DNA from: Candidatus Uhrbacteria bacterium
GTDB lineage: Bacteria; Patescibacteriota; Patescibacteriia; UBA9934
Direction: 5' to 3'
Length of the DNA: 64,000 bases
Assembly (NCBI GenBank): GCA_943359525.1
Contig: CALRHV010000001.1
Span: 7,181-71,180, forward strand
Position numbers and translations under genes: made by a program. The notes beneath the pieces are model-generated. The model saw nothing but the letters and a program-made list of their open reading frames with translations, ran no database searches and had not been told where the DNA came from. Numbering within the stretch: the first letter of the stretch is position 1; every line of letters starts with the position of its first letter. Of this stretch, positions 40,289 through 50,047 are shown piece after piece.

Positions 40289-40630
40289 ACGCGATAAGTA
40301 TACCGAAGCCACATGAAGCAACAGTGAAGACACAATATCCACAATTGCCTTGCAAAGCAAAAAATGTGTGGTATTCTCAATACATCCTTATGAACGCTCA
40401 GTCGACCACAATGAAGTACGCCGCATGCGCGATGCCGATTCACGGCAAGTGCGATTTTACGCGTTTTCTTCCTTGTGCCAACGACAGATCGATTCATTCT
40501 GCATAACGCATCGTGCAAACGTGCGTGACTGAAGAAAAACGATCTGTCTCCCCGATAGGTCGTTTTTCTTCAGGCGTCACTCACTCCCACCGGCCCGCCT
40601 GAGGCCACAACCCCGCAGAGGTTACTGTCC

Positions 40631-40948
40631 ATGGCACGTTTGACTCCCCAGCAGAAGAAAAACCGCGAAGCGCTCCGCGCTCTCGGCCACAAGACTGTCG
40701 CAAGTGCAATTACCGAGATCCGTTCGGTGATGCCTCGCTTCAACATGCAACAGGGCTACCCGAAGGTGAAGGGTATCTGTCTGCCGCTCGCGGACATCGT
40801 ACTGTTTGTACGTGGTCAGAAGGTGCTCGAGTTCGATCACCAGACCGGCTTCGTCTCCGGAAACGCTCGCGATCGTGCGGCACGACTCTCACTCCCTCGC
40901 GAGGAGCGCTTCCCGAGCTTCACCGCACCCTGGCAGATCAGCAGCTAG
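40631..40948 (+). CDS. Small hypothetical basic protein (105 aa) in a GC-rich intergenic island
   Basis: ATG-initiated ORF followed 25 nt later by a strong terminator hairpin; no homology recognised. Confidence 0.3.
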   Translation: MARLTPQQKKNREALRALGHKTVASAITEIRSVMPRFNMQQGYPKVKGICLPLADIVLFVRGQKVLEFDHQTGFVSGNARDRAARLSLPREERFPSFTAPWQISS

Positions 40949-40974
40949 GGCACTACTCACGACGGATCGGCTTC

Positions 40975-41012
40975 GGTCGATCAACGAAACGGGACGGATC
41001 GCGAAGATCCGT
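40975..41012 (+). terminator. Rho-independent terminator
   Basis: acgggacggatc-gcgaa-gatccgtcccgt followed by tcaacgtttt. Confidence 0.65.
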
Positions 41013-41025
41013 CCCGTTCAACGTT

Positions 41026-42480
41026 TTAACTCAATGTACTCATGTCGAGCGTTTGGGTGAAATGGATTTGCGAAACGAATTCCGGTGCGTGACTCACCAT
41101 GATCACACAGCCTTGGTACTCGTCGATAGCTTTGGCGATAACCGGAAGATGCCGGAAATTGATGTGGTTTGTTGGTTCATCGAGAATCAACAGTCCTGGA
41201 GCTTGCAACACGAATCGCGCGAAGCAGAGCAAACCTTTCTGTCCCTCAGACAACGATCCGACCGTATTCTGGAGTACGGCACCGGTGAGCAAAAACTGCG
41301 ATGCAACCGCACGAAGCGTTTCGTTCGACTTTAACTCCATCACCGATGCAAGCGAGTCGTACGCGGTTTGTTCAAAATCGAGTCCGGAGAAATCTTGCTT
41401 GTAATACCCAACCTTCACACCAGGATCGATCGAAAGCCCTTCTGTCTTTCCCGCAGCCAATGCGCGGAGCAACGTACTCTTGCCGATACCGTTCGTTCCA
41501 GAAACGAGGAGCTTCTGACGGCGACGCAATTTGATGTGTACCTTTGCATCACGTGGTTCGTGATTCTTGATTACTTTCACCGATGACATCGTCACCATTG
41601 TTTCGATAAAATCCTGGGTTGGAATCGTAAAATCTTTAATGGTTCGATCATCGCGACGAACCTCCACCATATTCTCCTCCGCCTCTTCCGCTTGATCCTT
41701 CAACTTACTTGCGAGCTTACGCATTTTTCCACCCTTGTTCGCGAAGAAGTTCACTTTGTCTTTACGGTCTTGAATCTCCTTCAACAGCTGTGCGTTCTTC
41801 GCACGGTCCCGTTCAACACGAGCAGCGATCTCTTCGATCACATCAGAATAGTTTCCAACGTAAATATCCGTTTGATGACGGTAAACGTCCAGGTGCAACA
41901 CGCCTTCAGTAAATGCATTCAAGAAATCCGCATCGTGGGAAATAACGAGAACGGTTTTTGGGTACATCATCAAGAAACCAGTGAGGTGCTCAATACCGTC
42001 GTGGTCAAGGTTGTTTGTTGGCTCGTCAAGCAACAAGATGTCTGGGTTTTGAATCAACGCGTATGCAAGAAGCAATCGCGCCTGCTGACCACCAGAAAAC
42101 TCGCCGATGATCTTTTCGAGCGGCGCAACAAGGTTCACCGCTTCAAGAACTTCCGCGATGCGCCGATCAAGATCGTACGTAATTTCTGGAAACGCGTGAG
42201 CAAAGAAATCGCGTACGGATTCCGTGAGATGCTCGCGACTCATCACCTGACGGCCGATGGCGATCGTGGATCCTTTCTGAATGTGAATCTGCCCAGCGTC
42301 GGGCTTGATCTCCCCCAGAATCATTTTAAAAATCGTGCTCTTCCCAGCACCATTCTGGCCCATCACCGTAATTTTGCTGTTCTCACGAATCGAAAAATTT
42401 GCATCGTCAAGAATAGGATATTCCCCGTCGTAGGCGTATGACGTGTTTTCGAATCGAACAATGACGTTGCCGTGGTCCAT
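41026..42480 (-). CDS. ABC-F family ATPase, second paralogue (start at internal Met MDHGNVIV…)
   Basis: Tandem ABC domains: GQNGAGKST…LSGGQQ and GTNGIGKST…LSEGQK; no TM. Confidence 0.85.
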   Translation of the reverse strand: MDHGNVIVRFENTSYAYDGEYPILDDANFSIRENSKITVMGQNGAGKSTIFKMILGEIKPDAGQIHIQKGSTIAIGRQVMSREHLTESVRDFFAHAFPEITYDLDRRIAEVLEAVNLVAPLEKIIGEFSGGQQARLLLAYALIQNPDILLLDEPTNNLDHDGIEHLTGFLMMYPKTVLVISHDADFLNAFTEGVLHLDVYRHQTDIYVGNYSDVIEEIAARVERDRAKNAQLLKEIQDRKDKVNFFANKGGKMRKLASKLKDQAEEAEENMVEVRRDDRTIKDFTIPTQDFIETMVTMSSVKVIKNHEPRDAKVHIKLRRRQKLLVSGTNGIGKSTLLRALAAGKTEGLSIDPGVKVGYYKQDFSGLDFEQTAYDSLASVMELKSNETLRAVASQFLLTGAVLQNTVGSLSEGQKGLLCFARFVLQAPGLLILDEPTNHINFRHLPVIAKAIDEYQGCVIMVSHAPEFVSQIHFTQTLDMSTLS

Positions 42481-42488
42481 AGAAGAAA

Positions 42489-43385
42489 TTATCGAACCGG
42501 AACTCCACTCGCTGCGCCAACCATACAGTCGTCCGTACACCAGATTCCCTTTGAGTGTTTTGCGCAGTTGAAACAGATGAGCAATTGTTTGTGACAATCG
42601 TTCCATGCGCAGTTTCCGAAACGCTCCGTTTTGGAGGAGCACGATGTACATTCACCAATCACCATATACTTTGTTGTAAATTGCTCCGTCATGCGTCCGT
42701 CAAAGACGTACAGGGATCCTAAAAAGTCTTCGCCGGGAAACTGCTTCATGTACGTGCCGATACCGCCGTTGAGTTGATAGACGTCTTCGAATCCTTCTTG
42801 CTTGAGGAATCCCGACGCTTTCTCACATCGCACGCCGTACGTACACACCGTGAGCACTTTTTTCTTTTTCAATCCTTCAAACTTTGCAGCAATAGTCGGC
42901 AAGTCTCGGAAGTTCCCCATTGTACTATTTTTCGAACCCGCAAAGTGGCCTACAGCGTACTCGTAATCGTTGCGCATGTCGATGATTTCAAAGTCTTCGC
43001 CGTTTGCAATCCACTGTTTCAGCTCGGCAGCATCGATGTGCTTTCCGGTAATGACATTCGGGTCGATATCCTGATCCTTCAATAACCCAGTCGCGACGAT
43101 TTCCGATCGGAGCTTCACAACAAGCTTCTTGAACGCCTCGCCCGTTCCAGGACTCGATTTGAACCAGAGGCCCGCAAATTCTGGCCGAGCGTGCATCCGT
43201 GCCTCGTACTCAGCAATGACTTCCACCGATCCTTCGAGGGTACCGTTGATTCCCTCGGCCGCAATGAGGATTCGACCGAGCAGGCCAAGCTCCTCACACG
43301 TGTTTCGCTGCCACGTCACAAACGCCGCAGGATCCGCAATCCGCGTGTATTTGTAGAAGATTATGATTTCAGTCAGCGATGACAT
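42489..43385 (-). CDS. trhO: Rhodanese-domain protein of the TrhO/YceA (UPF0176) family, tRNA U34 hydroxylase-like (start at internal Met; 120-aa ORF extension rejected)
   Basis: …ILIAAEGINGTLEG… N-domain, rhodanese Cys loop CTYGVRCEKA, C-terminal Cys cluster. Confidence 0.75.
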   Translation of the reverse strand: MSSLTEIIIFYKYTRIADPAAFVTWQRNTCEELGLLGRILIAAEGINGTLEGSVEVIAEYEARMHARPEFAGLWFKSSPGTGEAFKKLVVKLRSEIVATGLLKDQDIDPNVITGKHIDAAELKQWIANGEDFEIIDMRNDYEYAVGHFAGSKNSTMGNFRDLPTIAAKFEGLKKKKVLTVCTYGVRCEKASGFLKQEGFEDVYQLNGGIGTYMKQFPGEDFLGSLYVFDGRMTEQFTTKYMVIGECTSCSSKTERFGNCAWNDCHKQLLICFNCAKHSKGIWCTDDCMVGAASGVPVR

Positions 43386-43464
43386 ATTCGGCAGAAGTGT
43401 ACCGGGAAAGTTGAAAGAAATCAAAAAAACTGCTAGTGTTTGCGAATACTTCTCATCAATCAAT

Positions 43465-44262
43465 ATGTTTATCTCCATCATTACGGACTGCCAGGACGGC
43501 AACGCGCAGGTTAGACAGCAAACGCGGTATAGCGTGCTGTTTCCTGGGGTTCCGTCGAGCTTTACAGGCGCCTTCTCTGATATCGAAGCTGCCGGGAATC
43601 TTATCGACGTCCTCGACGCTTCGGACGATGAGGAAGGCATTATCGCGGTCAACGTAGCCCCACGGCATGGCGCCGCACGAAAATGGCCAAACGGTACACC
43701 ATTTGGGTATCTCTGGGTTGGGAAAATTCTCGTGGTCTGCACCATCGACGGCGAGGTGCTGTCTCTCTTGAAGAAATTTGGTCTTGCAGATCATGTGAAC
43801 GTGACCGACATTCGTACCGTCCTTACATTCGGAGGCTACGCTCAAGAAATCATCGACCGTGCGGCAACGTCGCAGTTCCGTAGCTTTGACTATCTTCCTC
43901 GCCTTGCACGAATCGTGTGGGACAAAAAAGATGCTCCATCGGAGAAGCTTATGTTCACCGATATTCCAAACGCTGCTCTGGACGTATGGCGCATCGATTC
44001 CTTCGGCAACTGCAAAACAACATTGCTCGCTGAAGACATTGCATTCGAAGAAGGTGCAGAACGTGAAATTATCTTGAACGGCCTCGCGATTAAAGCAACG
44101 TGCTACAAGCAGCTTCGCACCGTTCCGAACTATCAAACTGGGTTAACCATGGGAAGCTCGGGCTACGGCGCAAAGCGATTCCTCGAACTCGTCGTTCAAG
44201 GATCGAGCGCGGCAAAGCATTACAACATTACACAGAAAGATACATTTCAGATCGCAAAATAA
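43465..44262 (+). CDS. SAM hydroxide adenosyltransferase family protein (DUF62; fluorinase/chlorinase-related)
   Basis: MFISIITDCQDGNAQ… N-terminus and overall size/beta-rich C-domain typical of DUF62. Confidence 0.6.
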   Translation: MFISIITDCQDGNAQVRQQTRYSVLFPGVPSSFTGAFSDIEAAGNLIDVLDASDDEEGIIAVNVAPRHGAARKWPNGTPFGYLWVGKILVVCTIDGEVLSLLKKFGLADHVNVTDIRTVLTFGGYAQEIIDRAATSQFRSFDYLPRLARIVWDKKDAPSEKLMFTDIPNAALDVWRIDSFGNCKTTLLAEDIAFEEGAEREIILNGLAIKATCYKQLRTVPNYQTGLTMGSSGYGAKRFLELVVQGSSAAKHYNITQKDTFQIAK

Positions 44263-44274
44263 CTCCCCATTTTC

Positions 44275-45210
44275 CTATCTCACTGCCGGGTAGAGATCTG
44301 GATCGATGGTTCGCTCGAAGCACGTTCGGCCAACGCCATGTGTCCAATTCTCATCGAAACGATTGTAGCCATCGTAATACGGTATCGCCTTGATAACGCT
44401 ACTGCCGTTGCTCACCGATTCGGCTTCGAATGTTGCACACAGTTCAAACGTTAATGGAGATTTCACGGTGTATTCGAACGCGGCGCCACCGTTTGGATCT
44501 ACCGGCACGGAATACCCGATCAACGAGTTCGTGAGGTCTTCTAACTTTGCAGGAAGTGCTTGCTTAATGGAGTAATAGTTCGTGATCTGACTTTGGATGG
44601 TCGAGAGCTGCGATACACGCTGATCATCGAACCGCACCTTGCGCTGCTGTGCTGGTGAACCAACAAGGAGGAAACCGAGAACGATCATCGCAGCAACCAC
44701 GATCGATGCGGCGATCGCCGTCTTCTTTGGAACCGTGGACTTCCCGAGAGATTCTGTGCGCAAGTCCCAGAAGTAATACGCGAACACGGCAGCGGCCGTT
44801 GCGAGGACGACAAAAATCTTGAGGATGAATCGTGTCGTGATTTCACCGTTCAAGAAGTAGTTCACCAAGGTGATGAGATCGACGACAATCGTAATTGCCG
44901 TCACGAAAAGTGTGAGATAGAGCAACCACTTGCGAATACCAATCTCGCGCTTCTCGGAATCTGCTTTTGCGTCCTTGTGCATGAACCACGAAATTCCCAC
45001 GAACGCTGGCCACATCACAATGAGGCTTGCCATGCCACCACGAATCGCATCGAGTGCGCCGGTGTAGTAGAAGCTCAACGCATCAGGAAACGTGACGTCG
45101 ATGTACTGAAAACCGAGGATGATGAATGACACAACGGAGACGTACAGCGTCACAATAGCGAACAAATGCGAGAACACGTCTCTTGCCGTTGAGCGTGGAA
45201 GTGCCTTCAT
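44275..45210 (-). CDS. Hypothetical membrane protein (about 5 TM helices in N-terminal half, extracytoplasmic C-terminal domain)
   Basis: Hydropathy pattern; no motif recognised. Confidence 0.5.
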   Translation of the reverse strand: MKALPRSTARDVFSHLFAIVTLYVSVVSFIILGFQYIDVTFPDALSFYYTGALDAIRGGMASLIVMWPAFVGISWFMHKDAKADSEKREIGIRKWLLYLTLFVTAITIVVDLITLVNYFLNGEITTRFILKIFVVLATAAAVFAYYFWDLRTESLGKSTVPKKTAIAASIVVAAMIVLGFLLVGSPAQQRKVRFDDQRVSQLSTIQSQITNYYSIKQALPAKLEDLTNSLIGYSVPVDPNGGAAFEYTVKSPLTFELCATFEAESVSNGSSVIKAIPYYDGYNRFDENWTHGVGRTCFERTIDPDLYPAVR

Positions 45211-45274
45211 ATGGAAAGATTATTATGACTTGAGCATAACACAAAGCCGCCATTTTAGGCGGCTTTGTGGAATT

Positions 45275-45652
45275 TTATCCTTCGTCTGCGTCTAGCAACT
45301 CGAGAATCTGGTCGAGCTTGCGTTCAATAGCGGCAAGACGCGAGCTATCATTACCGGCTGGGCGCTCAGAACGATCTGAATACGAAGGCTTACGGTCGAA
45401 CGCCGGACGACGATCGTCGCGGTCGTTGCCAAAGGATGGGCCGTCGGTACGGAAACAGTCGCGGCACTTTACCGCGCGTCCTTCACTTGGGAAGAACGGT
45501 ACCTGACATGGCTTTCGGCACTCGCTACACACAGCATCGTGAAGCTCACGAGGTGCAGGACGGCCGGCACCGGCACGGTTCCAGGTGCCACGATCATTGG
45601 ACTTTCGGTCGCTTGAACCACCAGAACGCTGACTTTGGTATTTGTTGTACAT
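45275..45652 (-). CDS. Zinc-ribbon hypothetical protein (CxxC…CxxC) with basic N-terminus and C-terminal coiled coil
   Basis: …CSECRKPCQVPFFPSEGRAVKCRDCF…. Confidence 0.5.
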   Translation of the reverse strand: MYNKYQSQRSGGSSDRKSNDRGTWNRAGAGRPAPRELHDAVCSECRKPCQVPFFPSEGRAVKCRDCFRTDGPSFGNDRDDRRPAFDRKPSYSDRSERPAGNDSSRLAAIERKLDQILELLDADEG

Positions 45653-45695
45653 ATGATTCCGCGAATGTTAGCAGAAAAAGTGGGATAGCGCAAGC

Positions 45696-46778
45696 TTATT
45701 CCCCCGTTACCACCGTAAATGTCATTCGCCCGAGGACCTGCCCCGTCGTCGTCTCCACGCTTACACGCCACTTTCCTGCGGCCAAGGAAGAGACCATGGA
45801 GTAGCCACGGTAGCCGTCTGGTCTGCCGCCGCTGATCTGAAATGGAAGCTCGTGCTCCGTTTCCCAGCGATGCGCGTCGGTATCGTATCGTTGCCATACG
45901 TGAACAATTGTGGCCGTGAGATCATCGGGAGCATAAATCGCCGTGTACGCGTAAAGCGCGTCGCCGGGAGTGACGAGAATCGTTTCACCAAAAAAGAGTG
46001 TATCGAGCCAGGATTCTTCCGGTGTAACGAGAACGTAATCCGACGTCACACTGTACGCCATCGTTGCGTCGCGGAGCGCGAGAGGAATCGGCGGAATAAT
46101 GTTCAAGAAGTAACACGTGTTCATGAACACAAACACGCCGGCGATAACAAGCCACATTCGTACACGATCCTTGTACAGATCACCGAGATTGATGAGAAGC
46201 GCCAACAGCAACGTCATCACAATCATGCTCGCCAAACCTCCAGCTAAAAACACCGGCCAGCTCAAGGATGCGAAGAGGTGCGCGAACCAAATTGCGAACA
46301 ACGAGAACAATGCAAAATACAGCATGCCAATCTGTACTAGCGGTCGAAGAACAATGTGCCGAAGTGTTTCGTTCGAGATCATGAGTATCGCCACAAGCGC
46401 GATCAGCGGCCACGTCACGGAAAACGTTCCGCTAAACCAGTAGAACAACAATGCGGTGCTGAGCAGTCCTCCCATCGCAAACTGCTGTGCGAACGGCGCA
46501 ACGAGCTTGATGTAGCGTAACTTTGGCACTTCTTCGGCGCGTTTGTACGCGGTAAGCGCCATTGATCCCATTACCACCGCAACGTACACGCTCATAACAA
46601 TAAACTTCTCACGCAAATCCAACACACGGAACTGCCACACATCAAACGCAGTTCCCATTAAAAGCATCGTCGGCATGAACCATCGTTCATATCGACTCAA
46701 AAATTCACGAACTCGCTTATATGTTTGCAACGCTTGCCGCGACCCCAAAATCATAGAAGTATGCGCTGAGCATACCAT
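45696..46778 (-). CDS. Hypothetical membrane protein (about 7 TM helices plus C-terminal beta-rich soluble domain)
   Basis: Hydropathy; C-terminal domain …TATIVHVWQRYDTDAHRWETEHELPFQISGGRPDGYRGYSMVSSLAAGKWRVSVETTTGQVLGRMTF…. Confidence 0.5.
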   Translation of the reverse strand: MVCSAHTSMILGSRQALQTYKRVREFLSRYERWFMPTMLLMGTAFDVWQFRVLDLREKFIVMSVYVAVVMGSMALTAYKRAEEVPKLRYIKLVAPFAQQFAMGGLLSTALLFYWFSGTFSVTWPLIALVAILMISNETLRHIVLRPLVQIGMLYFALFSLFAIWFAHLFASLSWPVFLAGGLASMIVMTLLLALLINLGDLYKDRVRMWLVIAGVFVFMNTCYFLNIIPPIPLALRDATMAYSVTSDYVLVTPEESWLDTLFFGETILVTPGDALYAYTAIYAPDDLTATIVHVWQRYDTDAHRWETEHELPFQISGGRPDGYRGYSMVSSLAAGKWRVSVETTTGQVLGRMTFTVVTGE

Positions 46779-47008
46779 CGAAAGAAAAACGAAAACACCG
46801 TGATTACATAATCTTCTCTCCGCGAATCACACGGATGAGCACGACAATGATTGCAAGCACAAGGAGCAAGTGAATGAACCCGCCCAACGTATACGACGAC
46901 ACCAGCCCCAAGAACCAAAGCACAAGAAGAATCACAGCGATGGTCCACAACATAGGAATAGTGTTACCTCACAAGATTCCGCATAGACGATCATGCAATC
47001 ACCATGCG

Positions 47009-47605
47009 CTACAACCCACAATAAAGCAACAAGGTGTTAAATTTGTATTTCCACATCTCGACACGAGAAAGATGTTGATCGAACACCGGAAGAAGACTCA
47101 AAGACACAAATGCGTTCAGCAAACAATATCCATTCGGCGCAACCACGCTTGCAATAGCCTTCACCATCGGGTGATCTCCGAGCTGTTTTGGTGTTTCATT
47201 TCCTTTAAAAAGATCGACGATGACAAGATCGAACTTCACTGCCATTGCCGGAACAAGAGCGGTTGCGTCACCTTCGAGGATAGTGATCGGTTCGTTATTC
47301 GGATTGAGCTCGTAATACAGCCCGATCATCGCCGGATCCCATTCGATGACGGTTATCACGCAATCATGAAATCGCTTCTGGAGTTCGCGAACGGCTGACC
47401 CTCCCCCAAGACCGAGCATGAGTACGGTTTTGATTGGAACCGAGCGAGGAACGTGCTTCAGCGCCTTCCGCCACATTCGCTGAATATAGCCCGAGGATTG
47501 ATGGAATCCGCCAACAAACACATCGGATTTCCCAAAAGTTGAGCAGACGACAATCTTCCCATTCTTTTCCGACGTCATCGTCTTTTGGTTGAAGATATTC
47601 CACAT
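47009..47605 (-). CDS. Spermidine/spermine synthase-like class I SAM-dependent methyltransferase-fold protein
   Basis: …VLMLGLGGGSAVRELQKRFHDCVITVIEWDPAMI…IVDLF… pattern of aminopropyltransferases. Confidence 0.55.
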   Translation of the reverse strand: MWNIFNQKTMTSEKNGKIVVCSTFGKSDVFVGGFHQSSGYIQRMWRKALKHVPRSVPIKTVLMLGLGGGSAVRELQKRFHDCVITVIEWDPAMIGLYYELNPNNEPITILEGDATALVPAMAVKFDLVIVDLFKGNETPKQLGDHPMVKAIASVVAPNGYCLLNAFVSLSLLPVFDQHLSRVEMWKYKFNTLLLYCGL

Positions 47606-47648
47606 ACGCGGTACAGAATAACACTTTTATGCTACACTCGCCCCTTCT

Positions 47649-48323
47649 ATGATCTCTGCGTCTTTTTTCACGGCAACCACCAAGCTCTCGGATCTTCCCA
47701 TTGATGCCAAACCGCACATCGCGATGGTTGGGCGTTCCAACGTGGGAAAGTCATCGATGATCAACCATCTTACCGGGCAAAAGAAGCTCGCTCGCGTCAG
47801 CTCTGATCCTGGCCGCACACAAACCATCAACCTCTATACTATTGCCGATCGCTTCTATCTCGTCGATCTTCCCGGCTACGGATACGCACAAACATCAAAA
47901 GAAAAGCGTGTCATGTTTGCGGAAATGATCCACGAATATCTGTTGCTCACGCCGCAGCTTCGGCTCGTCCTGCTCATCATCGACGCACGTATTCCTCCAA
48001 CAGACCTTGATGCCGACATGGCTGCGTGGCTGCAAGACAACGGCATCCCGTTCGTCGTCATCACAAACAAAATGGATAAGCTCTCAACATCGGAAGCTTC
48101 AAAGCTTCATCACGCACTTGAGATGAAATATCCTGGTATCCGTCAGATTGAGCACTCCATCACTTCTGGACGAAATCGTAATGAAGTGTGGGGCGCGATT
48201 GAAGCAGCGACACGAACTCCGCCGCGAGATATGACTATTACTGGAGAACTCTCTTGGACTGCACCGTCGTTCAATGGAGATCTTACAACGCCAGAACCAG
48301 AAACGAACGAACACGTTGAGTAA
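47649..48323 (+). CDS. engB: Ribosome biogenesis GTP-binding protein EngB/YsxC
   Basis: G1 GRSNVGKSS, G3 DLPGYG, G4 TNKMDK. Confidence 0.88.
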   Translation: MISASFFTATTKLSDLPIDAKPHIAMVGRSNVGKSSMINHLTGQKKLARVSSDPGRTQTINLYTIADRFYLVDLPGYGYAQTSKEKRVMFAEMIHEYLLLTPQLRLVLLIIDARIPPTDLDADMAAWLQDNGIPFVVITNKMDKLSTSEASKLHHALEMKYPGIRQIEHSITSGRNRNEVWGAIEAATRTPPRDMTITGELSWTAPSFNGDLTTPEPETNEHVE

Positions 48324-48328
48324 CGCGA

Positions 48329-49084
48329 CTATACAGAAATCCATGTCGGTTCGTACGCTAGCCGTCCATTCTCGATGTCGAAGCGACGAAACGCGCGGAG
48401 CGAGGTGGACGAACCAGCGTTGGAGATTGTGAGCGGTCGTTGGGCGTACGGGAAAATAATTTCCGACGGAACATGACGATGGCCGTGAAGCACAAGGTCG
48501 CAATGGCCTTTTATTTTCTCCAGAAGTCGCGAGCCGTAAGAAAGATTTTCAGCGAACGGAAGAGAGAACCAGGATGAAATGTGTTCAATAAGGAGCTCTG
48601 CAGGAAGCGGCAACGGATGATGATGGAGCGCGACGATGACGAAAGTGTTTTCTGGAATTTGCGTAAGAAGTCGATCTACCTCATTGAGCATCGCCGAGGA
48701 AATGTTTCCGTGACTCGCGAACCTGATACGGTTGTACCAAATCGTTGTATCGATGCGAAGTACCGCGATCTCATCGCGTATAACAAGGCTCACTCGTGCA
48801 CCGTCCATCATGCGATTGGAAATATTCGCTCGAGAACGGTCGTGATTTCCCGGAAGAAGAATGACCGAACGATCTCTGCGGAGATCTGAGGTGATCGAAA
48901 GAAACTCCTCGAACTCTGCAACACTCCCCCGATTCGTGATATCTCCAGTAACGATCACTGTTCCGATATCGCTTGCCAGAATCGCGTCGCAAATCTCTTT
49001 GAATGCCAACGAGCGCTCGGGCAAGGAGTCGATGTGCAGATCGGAAATATGAGCGACGGAATGCAGATGGGGATATTCTAGCAC
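48329..49084 (-). CDS. Calcineurin-like metallophosphoesterase (start probably GTG about 49084 preceded by GGAGGA; ORF's first 54 codons overlap the repeat element)
   Basis: Motifs ISDLHID, GDITNRG, GNHD, ALHHHP, GHRH. Confidence 0.75.
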   Translation of the reverse strand: MLEYPHLHSVAHISDLHIDSLPERSLAFKEICDAILASDIGTVIVTGDITNRGSVAEFEEFLSITSDLRRDRSVILLPGNHDRSRANISNRMMDGARVSLVIRDEIAVLRIDTTIWYNRIRFASHGNISSAMLNEVDRLLTQIPENTFVIVALHHHPLPLPAELLIEHISSWFSLPFAENLSYGSRLLEKIKGHCDLVLHGHRHVPSEIIFPYAQRPLTISNAGSSTSLRAFRRFDIENGRLAYEPTWISV

Positions 49085-49159
49085 TCCTCCGCCTGAACTG
49101 AAGTGAGCTGATCTTGGAGTGGGTTGGGATGGGGGCTCGTCATTGCGAGGAGGGTAATC

Positions 49160-49370
49160 CCGACGCGGCAATCTAGAGAATTTTGCATCATCGGCGTCAT
49201 CGGGGTGGTCGATTTCGTGATATCCTCGATGTGCGGTCCACCGCACATTTCGTTCATCAATTCATTGGGCTTTTTGCAAATAAAATGTGCGGTGGACCGC
49301 ACATGCTCAAAACCGGAAATCGAGCACTCCGATCGCAACACGAGGATTGCCGATTAAGATTCATTTTCTT
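49160..49370. repeat. Repeat family copy 3 (approximate), boxes gtgcggtccaccgcac / gtgcggtggaccgcac, directly upstream of XRE gene
   Basis: Shared upstream flank (ttttgcatcat.ggcg…gatttcgtgatatcctcgatg), core and 3' tail with copies 1, 2, 4. Confidence 0.75.
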
Positions 49371-49374
49371 TTCT

Positions 49375-49590
49375 ATGAAACAACCAAAATTTATTTCGCA
49401 CCTCTATTCCTTTCGGATCGTTGAACCGATCTCACAGTTCGATCTCGCAAAAGAACTCGGAATCCGCAGGCAAACGCTCGCCGCCATCGAAAAAGGTACA
49501 GCTCAGCCTTCGCTACTCACTGCCTTCCGCCTCGCAAAATATTTCAAAACCCCAATTGAAAACCTTTTTTCTTTCAAAGACCGTCCGTAG
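49375..49590 (+). CDS. XRE-family (Cro/C1-type) helix-turn-helix transcriptional regulator, 71 aa
   Basis: …ISQFDLAKELGIRRQTLAAIEKGTAQPSLLTAFRLAKYFKTPIENLFSF…; paralogue of 61642..61857. Confidence 0.8.
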   Translation: MKQPKFISHLYSFRIVEPISQFDLAKELGIRRQTLAAIEKGTAQPSLLTAFRLAKYFKTPIENLFSFKDRP

Positions 49591-49642
49591 CGTTCTGTAC
49601 AATTTCCCATTTTTCTGCTATCCTTCGCGGTTATTTTCTTCT

Positions 49643-50047
49643 ATGGCCTACATGCCCCGCAAAACCGCCTTCACCGTTGTACCGCGCAAAAGCGCTGCGG
49701 GTTTAGGCGTATTTACCAACGTTGCTATTCCCAAGCGTCGGTTCATTATTGAATACTGGGGCGACATCGTGACGGAAGACCAAGCAAACCGCATTGCCGG
49801 AAAGTATCTTTTCGAAATTGGCAACGGCAAAACCATCAACGGCACCACGCGCAAAAACATCGCACGCTATATCAACCACTCTTGTCGTCCAAACTGCGAG
49901 GTGGAGGTAAAGGGCAACAAAGTGTTTGTATTCTCAAAACGCGCTATCAAGCCCGGCGAAGAGTTGTGCTACAACTACGGCCGCGAATATTTCACCCATT
50001 TCATCAAACCACACGGCTGCCGCTGCGCGAAGCACACTTCTGCCTAA
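49643..50047 (+). CDS. SET-domain protein (putative protein lysine methyltransferase), about 134 aa
   Basis: SET motifs: GLGVFT, RYINHSCRPNCEV, GEELCYNYG, post-SET Cys (HGCRCAKH). Confidence 0.8.
   Translation: MAYMPRKTAFTVVPRKSAAGLGVFTNVAIPKRRFIIEYWGDIVTEDQANRIAGKYLFEIGNGKTINGTTRKNIARYINHSCRPNCEVEVKGNKVFVFSKRAIKPGEELCYNYGREYFTHFIKPHGCRCAKHTSA

Noticed and set aside
42489-43745. 418-aa form of the rhodanese gene and 305-aa form of the phosphoesterase gene (48329..49246)
   Set aside because: The N-terminal extensions are Ser/Pro/Arg-rich junk, and for 49246 they run through the repeat element. Internal start codons give family-typical lengths and proper spacing. The phosphoesterase GTG is preceded by GGAGGA.
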